This document shows positions 25,561 to 39,992 of a stretch of 64,000 bases of DNA, piece after piece; position 1 is the stretch's first letter, and each line of letters starts with the position of its first letter. A model generated the notes under the pieces. That model searched no databases and was not told where the DNA came from. It was given only the letters and a program-made list of their open reading frames with translations. Location: contig NC_087245.1 in assembly GCF_037042905.1 (NCBI RefSeq), positions 40,736,001-40,800,000 of the forward strand, written 5' to 3'. This DNA comes from Lytechinus pictus. Its lineage: Eukaryota. Both the position numbers and the translations under genes were made by a program.

Positions 25561-28500
25561 AGACCTAGCCATTACCATGACAACATTTGACCAGCTTCAT
25601 TACAAAACTTTCTTCATAACTACCACAATAAATAGTATCACAATCGATGTTTTTCGTCAACCTTCTCTCTTTCTATCTTCTTAACAAGATTCGCCATCAA
25701 TACCTGGATTTCAATCAGCCTTCCTTCATCTCACATCAAATCCTCCCATATTATCCCATTATGGGGATTACGACTTCCAATCCTTTATTTTCATCCCTCT
25801 CAGACAACGGCTCGATTTACCAGCATCCCCCGTGTCATCGCCAATCATAAAAGACCTCTGCAAGATGTACGGAAGACGTCTATCACTTTGTCACGAGTCA
25901 TTAAAGTCCGAGACCCACTTAACTTTGGCTGCTACATTGGAAAGCCTCATAACAAGACACAACGAAAGTAAACACAGCCAGCTCAGGGGTCCACCTGCGC
26001 TTTGGTTCCCATTGTTTCCAGGAGCACTATCGGTAACCAAAAGGTCAAGTTCAAAGGTCAAAGATCGGACCACCACACCTGAAGATCGGCACCACTCAAA
26101 CATTAATGGTTTCACGGGGTCACCGCGAGGTTGCTTTAATACCCCTACTGAGAGACCCAACCACGGGGTCGCAACCGCGGGGAGAGCATTCGGGGGTCGC
26201 GAAAACATTCGCCCAATTTGGGGCCGGTGAAGAGATACGAAGAGGCCAAGATGAAACCGAATCCCCTTTGAATTGTCGGGCTTTGAATTATTTATTGAAG
26301 AGCCTCGATTCTCCTTCAATTAGTCTGCTGAAAGAGGGTGTAAAATTAAAATCTGGTTTGGTTTCATGTGAGAACATAGCGGTAAGTGATATATGTCGTC
26401 TCGCTTTCACATTCAAAGTCGACTTGTTGTTGATCTGTTTGAGTGTGCCAAGATTACTTTTACAATTCCAGGGAGCTCATATCTTGTTAAAGGTGAATTC
26501 CAGAATAAACTAAACTTGACCCAAACATCAGCAAAAAAAATGGATCAATATACATCGGTGAAAGTTTTGAGCCAAAAGATTCAATGCAAACAAAATTAAT
26601 GATCACTTCTTGTCATCTTATGTCTGATTCATATTCCCTTTTTTTTTGCTATGAATTATTTCCCTTTATAACCAAGTCTGGTAACTCCTTGCTGTAAATT
26701 GAAATTAAAACACAGAGCGACGAATCGTTTTGCTCCATAGATGATGAAGAAATTTAATCATGAACGAGTTCCATGATGATTTTAAATACCTATTGATTCT
26801 ATTCACTTACTGACATGATGAAGTTACGGGTTTCTGATATTTGTTTTTTGTTAAATAATGGCTTCAGGCATGTCAGGTGGATAAAGAGTTGGACAAGGAA
26901 GCTTAAAACAAGACGTTTTTTGTGTCAAATTTTGATTGTAAATAGGTAATAATTGAAATGCAGTAAAACCAGTATAATGATGCTTCAAACTAGCTTTCTT
27001 TTCCAAATATTTGGAAAAATCCCAAAATAATTCGTTTTCTTTTCTTCAAGATTCCAGCTTGGTAAGAACCAACAAACTTAAAAGGAGGCTCGTAATCAAC
27101 CCGGAAGGTCCTATATAGTAGACACTAACATACATATTAAAACAAATCTCTAGATTTCGTGCAATTCGAACTAGCACCATAACGTTATTGACTGAATATG
27201 ATTATCATGGTTCTGAGAATGCGGTCATTATCATTTTATCAGTCTTGTATTCCGTGTTTGACTTTGATCTGAAATATAAAGGCCATCGCAGAATACCATG
27301 GAACGGGTCGTTGTTCATCCAGAAGATTTTCTCACGAACTCATTCCTACAGTTGCTCAATGTCATTCCATTCGGCTCGGTAATTGTTATTCTCTAGGACA
27401 CGTGTGTCAATAATTTGCTTTCTTTCAATGATTTTATATTATCAACATTATTCAAGAAAATTACAATTGCTTCGTGGGAGGCTGGGGGTAACAAGAAAAT
27501 AATGGCTTGCTTCAATGAAAAAACAGGCTGTCAACAAGCGGCTTTTCAGAAACATCTCTTTATTTATTTGCACTCAAAAGGATGCAACGAGCATACTTGT
27601 ATAACAAGTGGCGTACAAGTCCAAAATGGCGGCCGAATGTAGAATAAAGAGCCAGCCTTTTAATTGTTTTGGAAAATGAATAATTGAGTCGGTGTGTTTG
27701 TGTGTCTGTTTCGCTTTCAATGCCCTCTGTAGAAGATGGAATCGTTAGAGTGAACCGTTTTGACTCGAACACATGTTTAAACAAATTTGAAAGTTCCGTA
27801 ATGTAAGAAATACACGGCGTTACGTCAGGAGTAGTTAGTACTAACATGAAATCGTACAAGTGGGATTAGGGTATCGGTTTTCCCGAAGGAATTTGACCAT
27901 GCAGCTCGGTATAATGTTTGGGAAAAACGTTCATGCACGTACTCAAAATGTTTATTTCAAAATGCCTAACAAACGTCTAGCAAGTATCGTTAGATATTAC
28001 ACAAGAAGATATATGGGGGAACAGATCAACGTGAGGCGGGAGGGGTAAATTGCTGTGGATTGGTAAAATAATAGTACCATAATAACTTGGTTTCATCAGT
28101 TCATGTTATTTATTTCCTCAGTATAAAAATGATATAAGAGGCCTACAATATAAACAGGAATGACAAATTCATGTTTAAGAGAAAATGGAAACCACAGAAA
28201 ACAAGTTTATGAAAAGTAGTTCACAGTAAATTGAAATAAAATACCAGTCTATAAAACAGCATTAAATGAAAAGAGTACTCATAGCATAAAAAACACCAAC
28301 AAACATACAAGGACAGTGGGACAAGAAGAAAAAAAAAAGCTTTCATAATTATTAATGTATATTCATCTTATTCATATTTATAAAATAAAGTGTTGATCCT
28401 ACGTGCCTCAGGCGCAGTTTAAGGAATAATTTACCTCATAATTTCAAATACTATATGTTTGATAAAAAGGATGAGTAAAAATACCGATTTCAAGATTAAA

Positions 28501-29989
28501 ATAGTGCACATTTACTTATTACGTATACTTGGCTTTATGTTGCCAACAAAATGCATATTCTCTCTTTACTCTATCGGGTAATCTATATATTTTTTACAAC
28601 ATACGATTTAGAAAACTGCTTAAGAACGATGGTCTAATTTGAATGTGTTCCTAATACCCGTATTACGTTTTTATGTCAATAAAGATTGTAAATAAATATT
28701 GAAAGTAGGTCTATGCATGGTATCAATAATATATAATCATTCTTAAAAAAAGTATTGATTTAATCAACCCCGACGCACAATAGATAGGCACGTTCAGCGT
28801 TTCAATTAAGTGCAATAAAGCACAATTTTAAATTTATGGGCATTTCGATAGGAAAGAGGTGACGGGACGGGAGAGGGCTATCCATAGGCAAGAAAGAGAG
28901 AGAGGGGATGTGGGGCAGAGAGAAACAGACAGACAGATCTACATATTTTGGACTACATATATAGTGTATAGAGTTAGAGAGGAAGGGAGGAGGAAAGGAG
29001 AATGATGCATGTCCTATTAAATGACGAAAAAGGGACTGAGAAAATGAATTTGAACAGGTCAAATAAAGTAATTTGCACTGTTTTATAATGTGTTAACAAA
29101 CGTGAATCAGTTTTGATTTGGCAAATTGCGATCAACGAATACTAACAAAAAGAGCGAATGTTTGCCGATCGCACTGTGGTCATGTGATCACGATCCGAAC
29201 GAGCCCAGGGCAGTCACTCATCGTCACTCCCAGGTCCGTCGTCTGTTGTCATGGCAACACCAAGCCTGCCACCTGTTGTGTGCGGTCTGTTGACGGTGCG
29301 GGGAGCAGGTCTGGCTGGCTGCACGGAGCTGGCTGGGGATGTCAGGTGGATGGGCTCGTAAGGCGGAGATCGACTTTCTTGGCTGGTGGTGGTGGAGGTC
29401 TGATGTCCTTTCAGAAAAGGAGAACTGATGAGAGAGGAAGATGGAGGGTGTGATGGATGAGGGGAAAAGAGACGAAATAAGGACAAGAGAGAGGAAATTA
29501 AATAGCGGTGGGGGAGGATGAGGAGGTAAAGAGGGGGAGAGAGAAAGTAAAACGAAATCAGGGGGAAAAAAAATATATGATATCGATTAAATTCACAACA
29601 GCATTGAAGGCGCATATAGGGGGAAAATCCAGATAGAATTTCATGCAGTAGAAAAAAAAATGGAAACAAAACGCGGGGTGGGCGCGAATCCCTTCTTCTT
29701 CTACAACCTACATTTCTGGTACACCATGCCTTTAATGTGGATGGCGGATGTTCGTGGTGATGCGGTGGCGGGAGGGGGGGGGGTAGGTGAAATCTTACAC
29801 CCCTTCATAGACAGCATGAAACAATAAACAAAATGTGTCTATAGTGTAACCATATCTAATACCATTGTTTGTTTAACGGTACATCGCGTTCTCATCTCAT
29901 AAGCACGTTACACCGCTGTCTTTTTCCCCTTTTTATTATTAAAGGGTTGGTTTGAATACAAATAAGAACATCAACGAAGCAAACCTATT

Positions 29990-30158
29990 GAATATTCATG
30001 ACGATGTGCATATAACCTTTTTCACAAAATATTGATAAATTTTAAAATTCAATAACGTCGTTATTTGTTATCCGATTTTGATGAAATTTTCAGCATTTTG
30101 TTATGTGGATTTTACTCTATTTATTTAGATACAAATATTTTCAGCCCGGAATATCCCT
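29990..30158. mobile_element. Kolobok-like MITE end fragment
   Basis: Shares CGATGTGCATATAAC...ATCCGATTTTGATGAA with 5250-5843; ends CAGCCCGGAATATCCCT-TTAA. Confidence 0.6.
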
Positions 30159-31224
30159 TTAAGCACAGACAGATTTAGATCAAACATGTCCTAACTTTAG
30201 AAAACGGGCAACAGTGTTCTTACGTCATCAGTGATACGAATAAAACTTTTCATACATTAGCCAATCTTGATAGTTTCTGTCAGACTGAGACTACAAATCT
30301 ACTCGAATCTGTCTTTGAAAGGGGGAAAAGAGAAAAGAATAGAATTTATGAAAATGGAGCACCCTGAATGACAATTGAAGAAAAGGAAAGACGATACTGG
30401 GAGCGATGATGAACACGTGAGAAAGAAATATGCGCTGTAACTAATGACATAAAGTAGGTAAAGTTCAACGCGTGAAGACATGCTGGAAAAAAGTTCATCT
30501 GGGCTGGCTTCCTTCTCGATACTTTGCAAGGCATGTTAGCCGAGTAGGCCTATTCAATTTTACCACTTCTGGGTAGCACTAGATTAAAATTGAATGAAAT
30601 AGAATAGAAGAGAATAGAATAAAATAAAATAACGTTAATGATATCAAATAAAATAAAACAAAATGAAATAGAACAAAATAAAACAGTAAAATAGAATGAA
30701 ATGAAATAAAAAATAAAAATAAATGAATAAAAAAAGACAAATGAGTAAACAAATAATTAACAGATTCCATTATATTTTTTTATATTATAATAATAATGAT
30801 AATATAAATTGGCGAAAACTATTTTTAACCAGTAAAGTGTGGCCTATACCATTTTGTAACCCCCCCCCCTTTTTTTTTTTTAGAAGAGTATTCTATTCAT
30901 AAAATACATTTAATTTAAAGAGAAAATGTGTTAATAACAGGTACCCGGCAGGTACCTTTCCATCAATAGACCACCTTTTTAAGATTGGTACGCGTTTGGA
31001 GGTTTCAGTCCTCAACGTCACACCCATCCGAACCAAATTTGGATACCCCCTCCCCCTCCTGATACTTAAAGCACAATGTCATGCGACCATGCCATGGTTT
31101 TGGCTAGAGTTTCCCAAATACATACACATTCAGCACGGGTTTCGAACTATTAACCTGTAAGATCGAAAGAAAGTTGAATGAACCGCAATATTAATAGGAG
31201 TCTAAAAGATCACAAGAGATATAA

Positions 31225-31272
31225 AGATATATAGATAGATAGATACGTAGGTAGATAGATGAGTAGGTAGGT

Positions 31273-31346
<74 letters not shown>

Positions 31347-31439
31347 GTAGCTAGGTAGGTAGATATATAGATCGATCGATAGATAGATAGATAAGTAGGT
31401 AGGTAGATAGATAAGTAGGTAGATAGATAAGTAGATAGG

Positions 31440-31474
<35 letters not shown>

Positions 31475-31491
31475 GTAGGTAGCTAGGTAGG

Positions 31492-31552
<61 letters not shown>

Positions 31553-31947
31553 CGATCGATCGATAGATAAATAGATAGATAGATAAGTAGGTAGGTAGAT
31601 AGATAGATAGATAGACAGATAAGTAGGTAGCTAGATAGATAGATAGATAGATAAGTAGGTAGATAGATAAGTAGGTAGATAGGTAGATAGATAGATAGGT
31701 AGGTAGCTAGGTAGGTAGATAGATAGATAGATAGATCGATCGATCGATAGATAAATAGATAGATAGATAAGTAGGTAGGTAGGTAGGTAGATAGATAGAT
31801 AGACAGATAAGTAGGTAGGTAGATAGATATATAGATAAGTAGGTAGGTAGGTAGGTAGATAGATAGATAAATAGATAGATATATAGATAGGTAGATAGGT
31901 AGGTAGGTAGGTAGATAGATAGATAGATATATAGATAGGTAGATAGG

Positions 31948-32001
<54 letters not shown>

Positions 32002-32126
32002 TATATGTAGGTAGGTAGGTAGGTAGATCGATCGATAGATAGATAGATAGATAGATAGATGGATAGATAAATAGAAAGATAGAAAGAAAGATAGATAGAT
32101 AGATAAGTAGGTAGATAGGTAGATAG

Positions 32127-32157
<31 letters not shown>

Positions 32158-32264
32158 GATAGGTAGATAGATATATATATAGATGGAGAGATAGATAGAT
32201 AAGTAGGTAGGTAGGTAGGTAGGTAAATAGATTGATATATAGATAGGTAGATAGAAAGATAGAT

Positions 32265-32306
<42 letters not shown>

Positions 32307-32507
32307 GTAGCTAGGTAGGTAGATAGATAGATCGATCGATAGATAGATAGATAAGTAGGTAGGTAGATAGATAAATAGATAGATATATAGATAGGTAGAT
32401 AGGTAGATAGATAGATAGATAGATAAGTAGGTAGATAGATAAGTAGGTAGATAGATAGATATATAGATAGATAGATAGATAGATAGATAGGTAGGTAGCT
32501 AGGTAGG

Positions 32508-32546
<39 letters not shown>

Positions 32547-32563
32547 GTAGGTAGCTAGGTAGG

Positions 32564-32621
<58 letters not shown>

Positions 32622-33035
32622 TATAGATCGATCGATCGATCGATAGATAAATAGATAGATAGATAAGTAGGTAGGTAGATAGATAGATAGATAGACAGAT
32701 AAGTAGGTAGCTAGATAGATAGATAGATAGATAAGTAGGTAGATAGATAAGTAGGTAGATAGGTAGATAGATAGATAGGTAGGTAGCTAGGTAGGTAGAT
32801 AGATAGATAGATAGATAGATCGATCGATCGATAGATAAATAGATAGATAGATAAGTAGGTAGGTAGGTAGGTAGATAGATAGATAGACAGATAAGTAGGT
32901 AGGTAGATAGATATATAGATAAGTAGGTAGGTAGGTAGGTAGATAGATAGATAAATAGATAGATATATAGATAGGTAGATAGGTAGGTAGGTAGGTAGAT
33001 AGATAGATAGATAGATATATAGATAGGTAGATAGG

Positions 33036-33093
<58 letters not shown>

Positions 33094-33203
33094 TGTAGGT
33101 AGGTAGGTAGGTAGATCGATCGATAGATAGATAGATAGATAGATGGATAGATAAATAGAAAGATAGAAAGAAAGATAGATAGATAGATAAGTAGGTAGAT
33201 AGG

Positions 33204-33245
<42 letters not shown>

Positions 33246-33395
33246 GATAGGTAGATAGATAGATATATATATAGATGGAGAGATAGATAGATAAGTAGGT
33301 AGGTAGGTAGGTAGGTAAATAGATTGATATATAGATAGGTAGATAGAAAGATAGATAGAAAGAAAGATAGATAGATAGAACGATAGATAGATAGG
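31225..33395 (+). repeat. (GATA/GGTA)n compound microsatellite, ~2.1 kb, with ~1-kb higher-order duplication
   Basis: Direct reading; the variant pattern starting at ~31345 recurs from ~32305. Confidence 0.95.
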
Positions 33396-35502
33396 CAAGC
33401 GAGAGAAGTGGGATGTACCCAAAAAGGATTGAAGATGCACGCGTGAAAGAGAGAGTCAGACTGACCTCGACTTTGAGTATACCAACTATGCCAGTGACGA
33501 ACAGAGAGAGAAAAGTACAGACTTGGGGGCCCACGATGATGTGTCATGTAACATGAAGATTGTCATGTTTCTCAAATGATTGTCGGTAGTATGTCCTTTC
33601 CACGATGACCCGAACTCAATCTCTCTGTTTGCTCACATACAAAGCCCCTCTGGAGTCCACAGAATGATTATGGAAGAAAAACTATATTTTCATCAGTAAT
33701 AGAAATGTAATTGGCTCACTCCTTCCTCTCTTACTCTCCCTTTCTCTCTCACTCTCTCTATTCCTAGCCTTGCACCATCTCGCGCACATTACCATCTTAT
33801 TATCGTCATTTTAAATCTACATTTCATTCAGGTGAACCATTGATTTAAAAGGGTTTGTAATTCATTACTGGAGACTGAATGATTCAAGCCATTGCTTTCA
33901 AAACCAATATTCCCAATTTATATATATTCACCACAATGTTACGAGGAAGTGAATTCAGTTCTTAGACCCAGGTAGATCGGCTTCCTTCCGAATACCCAGA
34001 GATGCCTCGAGTCACCATGTAATCAGCGGAAGACTCAAGTCTCCTCTGGTCGCGGCAATTCTGCGATCAGAACGTGCAGAAGAGACTCGAGGAGCCATCT
34101 GGTGATGAACTAGTCTCCATGCAGACCAGTGAGATTCCATGTATCTCATACTGTATTAATTGTCTATAAACATTGATTCCCATATACCCCTCTCCCACAC
34201 ACTCACACACATACACACACACCCCCTCTCTCTCTCACACACACACACACGCTCCCCCACACACTCTTTACACCTTCATGTGCGCCCACACATCGGGCTT
34301 CGTCATCCTATCTTTACACAACAATTTTTTATCATGATACTTCAGGGGCGTTATTTGAAGACATTTGTAACTGAGAATGTTGCCATGTGTAAATGAAAGT
34401 ACGCATTAATAAACTAATGAATACGTATTAATAAACAAATGAATAAATAAATGAAGGTAAATCTTTCGCTCTTATAGCATCCCAAGCGCGCACAAAATGC
34501 ACATGATGGCGTCCATCAGCGGACACCCCCGGTATTATTTCGACCTAACCTATGACGTTGCGAGTTGAGTATACTCTCGCCAGTCCTTGCCCCCGAATGA
34601 AATGCGGACTGAAAACATTGACATGGCCTAACCACGTGTGGTATTGACCTCTGACCCTGACTAAATTACGACCCTTTTTCGAAAGAGCAAGAGACAAAAA
34701 AGTCTGGCGGAGAAAAATGAAATAAATTTGACGAATGTTTGGTCATGTCAGCAACCTAAGGAGAAATGTTTGACAGTAATCACCTGTAACTTTTTGTATT
34801 CTCCGCAGTTCCGATAAATTTCGTCTTGACTGCTCCTTGAATATTACACAAATCCCAAGGCCTGATATTATGTATCTATATCTCTCCCCCTCTCTCTATT
34901 TTTGTTTGTTCTCTCGTTCATTCCATAATGTTTTCCTTTTATTCTGTGCCTATCGTCCTATATGCATATGCCATTTCATGTTCATCCATCCTCCTTCTAT
35001 TCTATGACCTTTCTTTTTAATTTCGTATTATTTCCATTATGTCTTGTTCACTTTAAGAAGCTTTGTTTTGGATGGGGGCGGGGGCTTTTCAGTCAATAAT
35101 GACTATCTAAGCATGCAAAACTGAGAATAAACACTTTCTTTTAAAAATTATTTCAGCACTAATTTATAATTGTCAATATGGTATTATGACGCCAGCTTAC
35201 ACCGTATGGTTGATCACGTGACCTCGTAGCTTCATCCAATCGACGCGCAAAAAGGTGTGTACATCGTGCATGCGCACTTTTCACCCAATTAGGTATACAG
35301 TGTACTAGTACTTCAAACTAAGAAAAAACCTGGATAATTAATGTGTATTTTCTCGACCAAGGTCAAGGATGATGAATGTTCTGTGTATAGTTGATGTGGA
35401 AATTACAGACCTCACGGAAGGTATGGATTATTACTACATAACGAACAACCCACCCCATGAATTGTATATTGGTTGGATTACCAGATATTCAAAAATTCGA
35501 TG

Positions 35503-35727
35503 ATTGTATTGCATTGTATTGTATTGGTGATTTTTTACCTGATTGCTAAGAAAGCATGAATGCTTGTAAGCAAGCAACCAGAGGACCGATGGCTTAAGGT
35601 CCTCTCCGAAGGACCTGGTACTGAGGATTAATGCCTTACCAAAGGGCACTAGCGCACCAAGCGGGAATCGAACCCGGGTCACCGGAATACGAGTCCCCCG
35701 CTCTACCGACTGAGCTATCGCGCCTCC
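35503..35727 (-). mobile_element. tRNA-derived SINE
   Basis: Minus strand GGAGGCGCGATAGCTCAGTCGGTAGAGCG (A box)...GGTTCGATTCC (B box), unique body, (CAATA)n tail. Confidence 0.85.
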
Positions 35728-37628
35728 TGATCAATGGTTGTTGAATGTCTCATTTTCAGTATTTTTACAGAATGTGTGTGAAATAATTATGGTTTTTGTA
35801 TTAAAAAAAATCAAACTTGATTTTATAATAACTGCAAGTATCGAGATGGTTATTCACAATCACTGCTATCTTTAATACTACTTGTAAAATCTTTTAATGT
35901 TCAATTCATTTATTTATTTATTTATTTATCTATTCATTCATTTGTTTATTTACTTATTTATTTATTTTTATTAATATATATTTATTCATTCATTTATTTA
36001 TAGATTTATTCATTTACTTTGCTTGTAACTATGATTAAATAATGTCCAACACATTCGGTACATAGCAATGAAGTTGATATTTTTTGCTCAACTCATGAGA
36101 TTGTTAGACAACTGCAGCCAACGTCTACAACTTGCTTGAAGTATATTTCTGCCAATTTTCCCTTAAAACGTAAACTAAATGTGAATCAAATTTTCCGAGA
36201 TGCAATTCTATCAGCACAATCATGTCAACGACAGCGGTCCAAGAGGCAAGCATTGTGTGAAAATGTGATAAAAAAGACCCAAAAATGTCTCTCTATCACC
36301 CAAACTTCCAATTTTCCCGAATTTTGTTGTATTGAGATATCATGCTTGACAGCTCCGCTATGTGCGGATCATGTTGTTGTTTTAAATTGCATTTTAGGCC
36401 ATGAATATACTTTCTCTCTTTCTCCCTCTCCCTCTCTCTCTCTCTCTCCTTGTCTTCCAAATTGATCTGATTTTGCAAGTGATGTTGAATGGACTACATA
36501 GCCATCAGAGCAAGAGGATTTGTTACATGCTAACATCCGATCCATTACCTTCCAATGACCTCGTCGTGAGTTCAATGTCACTGTGTCATGCCGTTCTCCC
36601 CCCTCTCTCTCTCTTTCTCTACCTTTCTATCTCCTTCTCTCATTATATTGCTTATTTGCCCCCCCCCGCTTCTTCTGGGGCCCGTTGCAACTAACAAAAT
36701 AAAGGGCAAATCCCTCATATACGCGCATTTGATTGGTTTAAAATCAAGTTGCGTTGATTTTGGGTCTTGTTTAAAGGCAACTATTTCTACTTTCAACCCC
36801 TTTTCCCCGAATAAATTATCGAAATGTGTATAATAATAGTCTAAGTATCCTTTTAAAAAGCACTGTGAAAGCCTTTTACTTCTTTGTGCGAAATTTGGTA
36901 GGCATATACATGTAGTAACCAGATAGGCTATTAATATACCCCCCCCCCTCTTTTTCGCGTACATTCTTGCCCCCTCACTGTCTTTCTTTCTCTCTCCCTA
37001 TCTAGTTTTATTTCTTTCTCAATATCTGCCTCTCTTTATCTCTCCTTTATTAAGATAAAATAATTTAACCTTATCTTCACTTTGTGAATAAACACGTAGG
37101 GCCTACGTAATGACAGTGGGCGATTAAAGAATAAATCATATATGAAAATACAAACCGTCGGTTTCATGGTGTAAATTTTTACATTCGTCTGTCATCACGT
37201 CATGAATTATGGCACCCATAAATGTTCTTGCTTCAATGGGCGAGATTCGTGATTCTCATTTATAACGTATTTTCTTCCTTGTTATTACATAATATTTGAA
37301 TTTCTGTTCGTTTGGTTTAAAACAAGGTTTGACTTCTTGAAATGTTTAAATCGTCACCATGATCAAGGGATGTGAATTCTTTAGAAATAAGTTTGAAAAA
37401 CTAAGATAATTCAAAACTTGAAAATACCCAATAATTCTTGACAACATTCTACATGATGATCTAAAATTAAATTGAGTTTGCTGATTATAGAAAAAAATGA
37501 ATAAACAAAAATATATCTCTCTCAACGAAACTATAATAATGAAGCTTGAGATTTTTGCAAATTAATGAGGAGGAGAAATTGAGGTCACATAAACCACGGT
37601 CAAGGGTTCGATGATTTGCCCCCCCCCC

Positions 37629-37661
<33 letters not shown>

Positions 37662-39992
37662 ATATATTAAAAAATACAAAGAAAATTCCCGCTGCCCGAG
37701 TGTGAGGCTCACATTATGATATTGTTACAATGGTAGAAACACTGAGTATGAATTATATATATACTCGCTCAATCACTGATGCTTCATTTTCTTGAAACTA
37801 TAAAAACATTCTTCATGAAAAAGTCAATACTGTATGGATATAGATTTAATTCTTTATCAATCATTTAAAGATGACAAAAATATATATCATGAATTCTAAA
37901 AACTGTTTACTTGTATTTTTAAATAGCTATTGTAAAGGTTGCATATTCTATATTTCGGCTAGCTCTATTTGAAAGGATAATGCATGCTTGATGCCTATTT
38001 AGGAAGAATGTAGATTGCTATCATATTTTCACACCATGTTTGAATCCTCTTCCTCTGTGAATACAGTGCTTTCATCATATTTATCACGTAACAGACATCT
38101 TTCAAATACGCCATTTGATTGTTTTTTATTTGACAGTTTATTGGGTTCATATCTCTCATAATGTATATTTATTCTTTTCAGTATCCCGCCAAACTTGCGA
38201 ATATTTGTTCGTTTTATTCAACGCAAGGTTAGCCAACCCGTCACCCCTGGCCCAATGCGAGCTGGTCGGTACTCACGTACAACATTCATGGTTTATTTTT
38301 AAGAGGGGTGGGTTTTGATAATGATATAGAAGAAAAATGACGTTTAATATACGTGTAAGCCTTTACTGAAAGTAGTCAATCCATGAAAAAAAAATCGATA
38401 CCATTGGCTTCCGATGAAAAACAAATACGTCTTGGACATAATCTCACTTTTAAAACAAATAATACAAGAGCGAAGGGCGAGCTGATTTTTTTCATATGCA
38501 GACCTGAAAACGGGACATTTTAAGATTCTTTTTTTTTGTTAATCATGGACAGGATGCGTATCATAGTCAACAAATATCTAAAGCGTGAAGCGCGAATTGA
38601 AACACATTTTTACATTGACTTGATAACGTGGTATTGTAAGCAACATTTTATTATCAGAAACATGGTATTTATCTCATCATACAGAAAATGCGACGGCAAA
38701 TTGCAGGCGGAATTTTTATTTGCCATTTTACTGATTGTCGAGTCTTGCCCTCCTCGCCGTTTCGGCTTCCCTTGATCCACCTATATGTATCACCAAACTT
38801 AAAATAAATCTATTTCAAAATATTAATATAACATGTAGAAGTTTTTTGATCTTCGGTCTTTAGGACTACCCCACCTCCAAAAAAGGTATGAAAATAAATA
38901 TATTTGAATTCTTCAAGCAGTCGATCGGGGAAAATATTGATATTTTTTCTGCCCCCTCCCCCATATAGAACAATACCAGATCCGCCCCTGTGCGAGTGAG
39001 GAAGATATGCCAAGAAACCATCTTAATTCATTTTGGATATATTGTTAAAAGTTTCTAACTTTACGTTATTGTTAGATGACATATATACATGACGTTGATT
39101 TATCGCTGTGTAATCAATCACTATACCTTAACAATGATAGATTGAAGTTGTCTCATCAATCTATTGTTTGAAAACTTGTTGAACTTTGAATATAGGAAAT
39201 TAGTCATTCTTCTCCCCCTCTCGCCCCCCCCCCGCCCATTTGATTGTCTCCCCTTTCTATCTTTCGTTTTTCAGTCTTTCCACGCCTCTGATTATCTTTC
39301 TTTCTCATTTTTTAATATCGTTCCATGAACATCCTCTCATCTCCCCCCCCCTCTCTCTCTCTCTCTCCCCCCATCTCTGCCTCTCTCTCTCTGGCACACG
39401 CGCACACACACACACACACACACCCTCTCTATCTCTCTCTCTCTCTCTAATAACCCATACCTCCCAATGGCGGCGGAGTCCGGGGTCGGGGGGGGGGGGT
39501 GTCATTAAAGAAAACTATGATTTACTTTTGAAAGACAATAAAAAGGTGTGTACAAAATTCTTCCCCCCCCCCCTTCCCGCTTCTGGCGTGACGAAGTGTG
39601 ATTTGAGTGATGAACCCCTTTTTTCTAATCTCTCTTTTTTATAGTCAATAAAAAATCGAAAAAATGGGGGACATTTTAAGGCCCCTACTGGTAAACCCTG
39701 GACACTCCCCTACACCCCTCCTTCATCCTACACACTTTCAATAAATTCATGGAAAAAATAAGTTTGTGTAAAGGTCGATGAAAGACAAAAAAGAGACATT
39801 CTGCAAAGGACACAGACGTTTCAAATATTTGATTACGTCGTTCTTTCGAATGACGTCATACTTTGCATGACTTGTCATTAAACCCATCAAGGCAAGCATT
39901 ATAAAGTGTCTCATTCAACTCCCGGTACGCAAACAGATCCACTTTTTGACTCCCTTGTATTCCTAAATTCACTGCTCACAGATTATCTCAAT

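Noticed and set aside
25196..25684. Poly-His, poly-Met and poly-Ile ORFs
   Set aside because: (CAT)n microsatellite, open in several frames by composition.
32311..33547. Long YLSI-repeat ORFs (407, 278, 217 aa)
   Set aside because: Translation of the (TATC)n strand of the GATA microsatellite.
35650..35727. tRNA gene
   Set aside because: A/B boxes are present but continue directly into a SINE body and tail, and there is no intact acceptor stem with CCA; treated as a SINE head. The same applies at ~45520-45595 and ~60280-60353.
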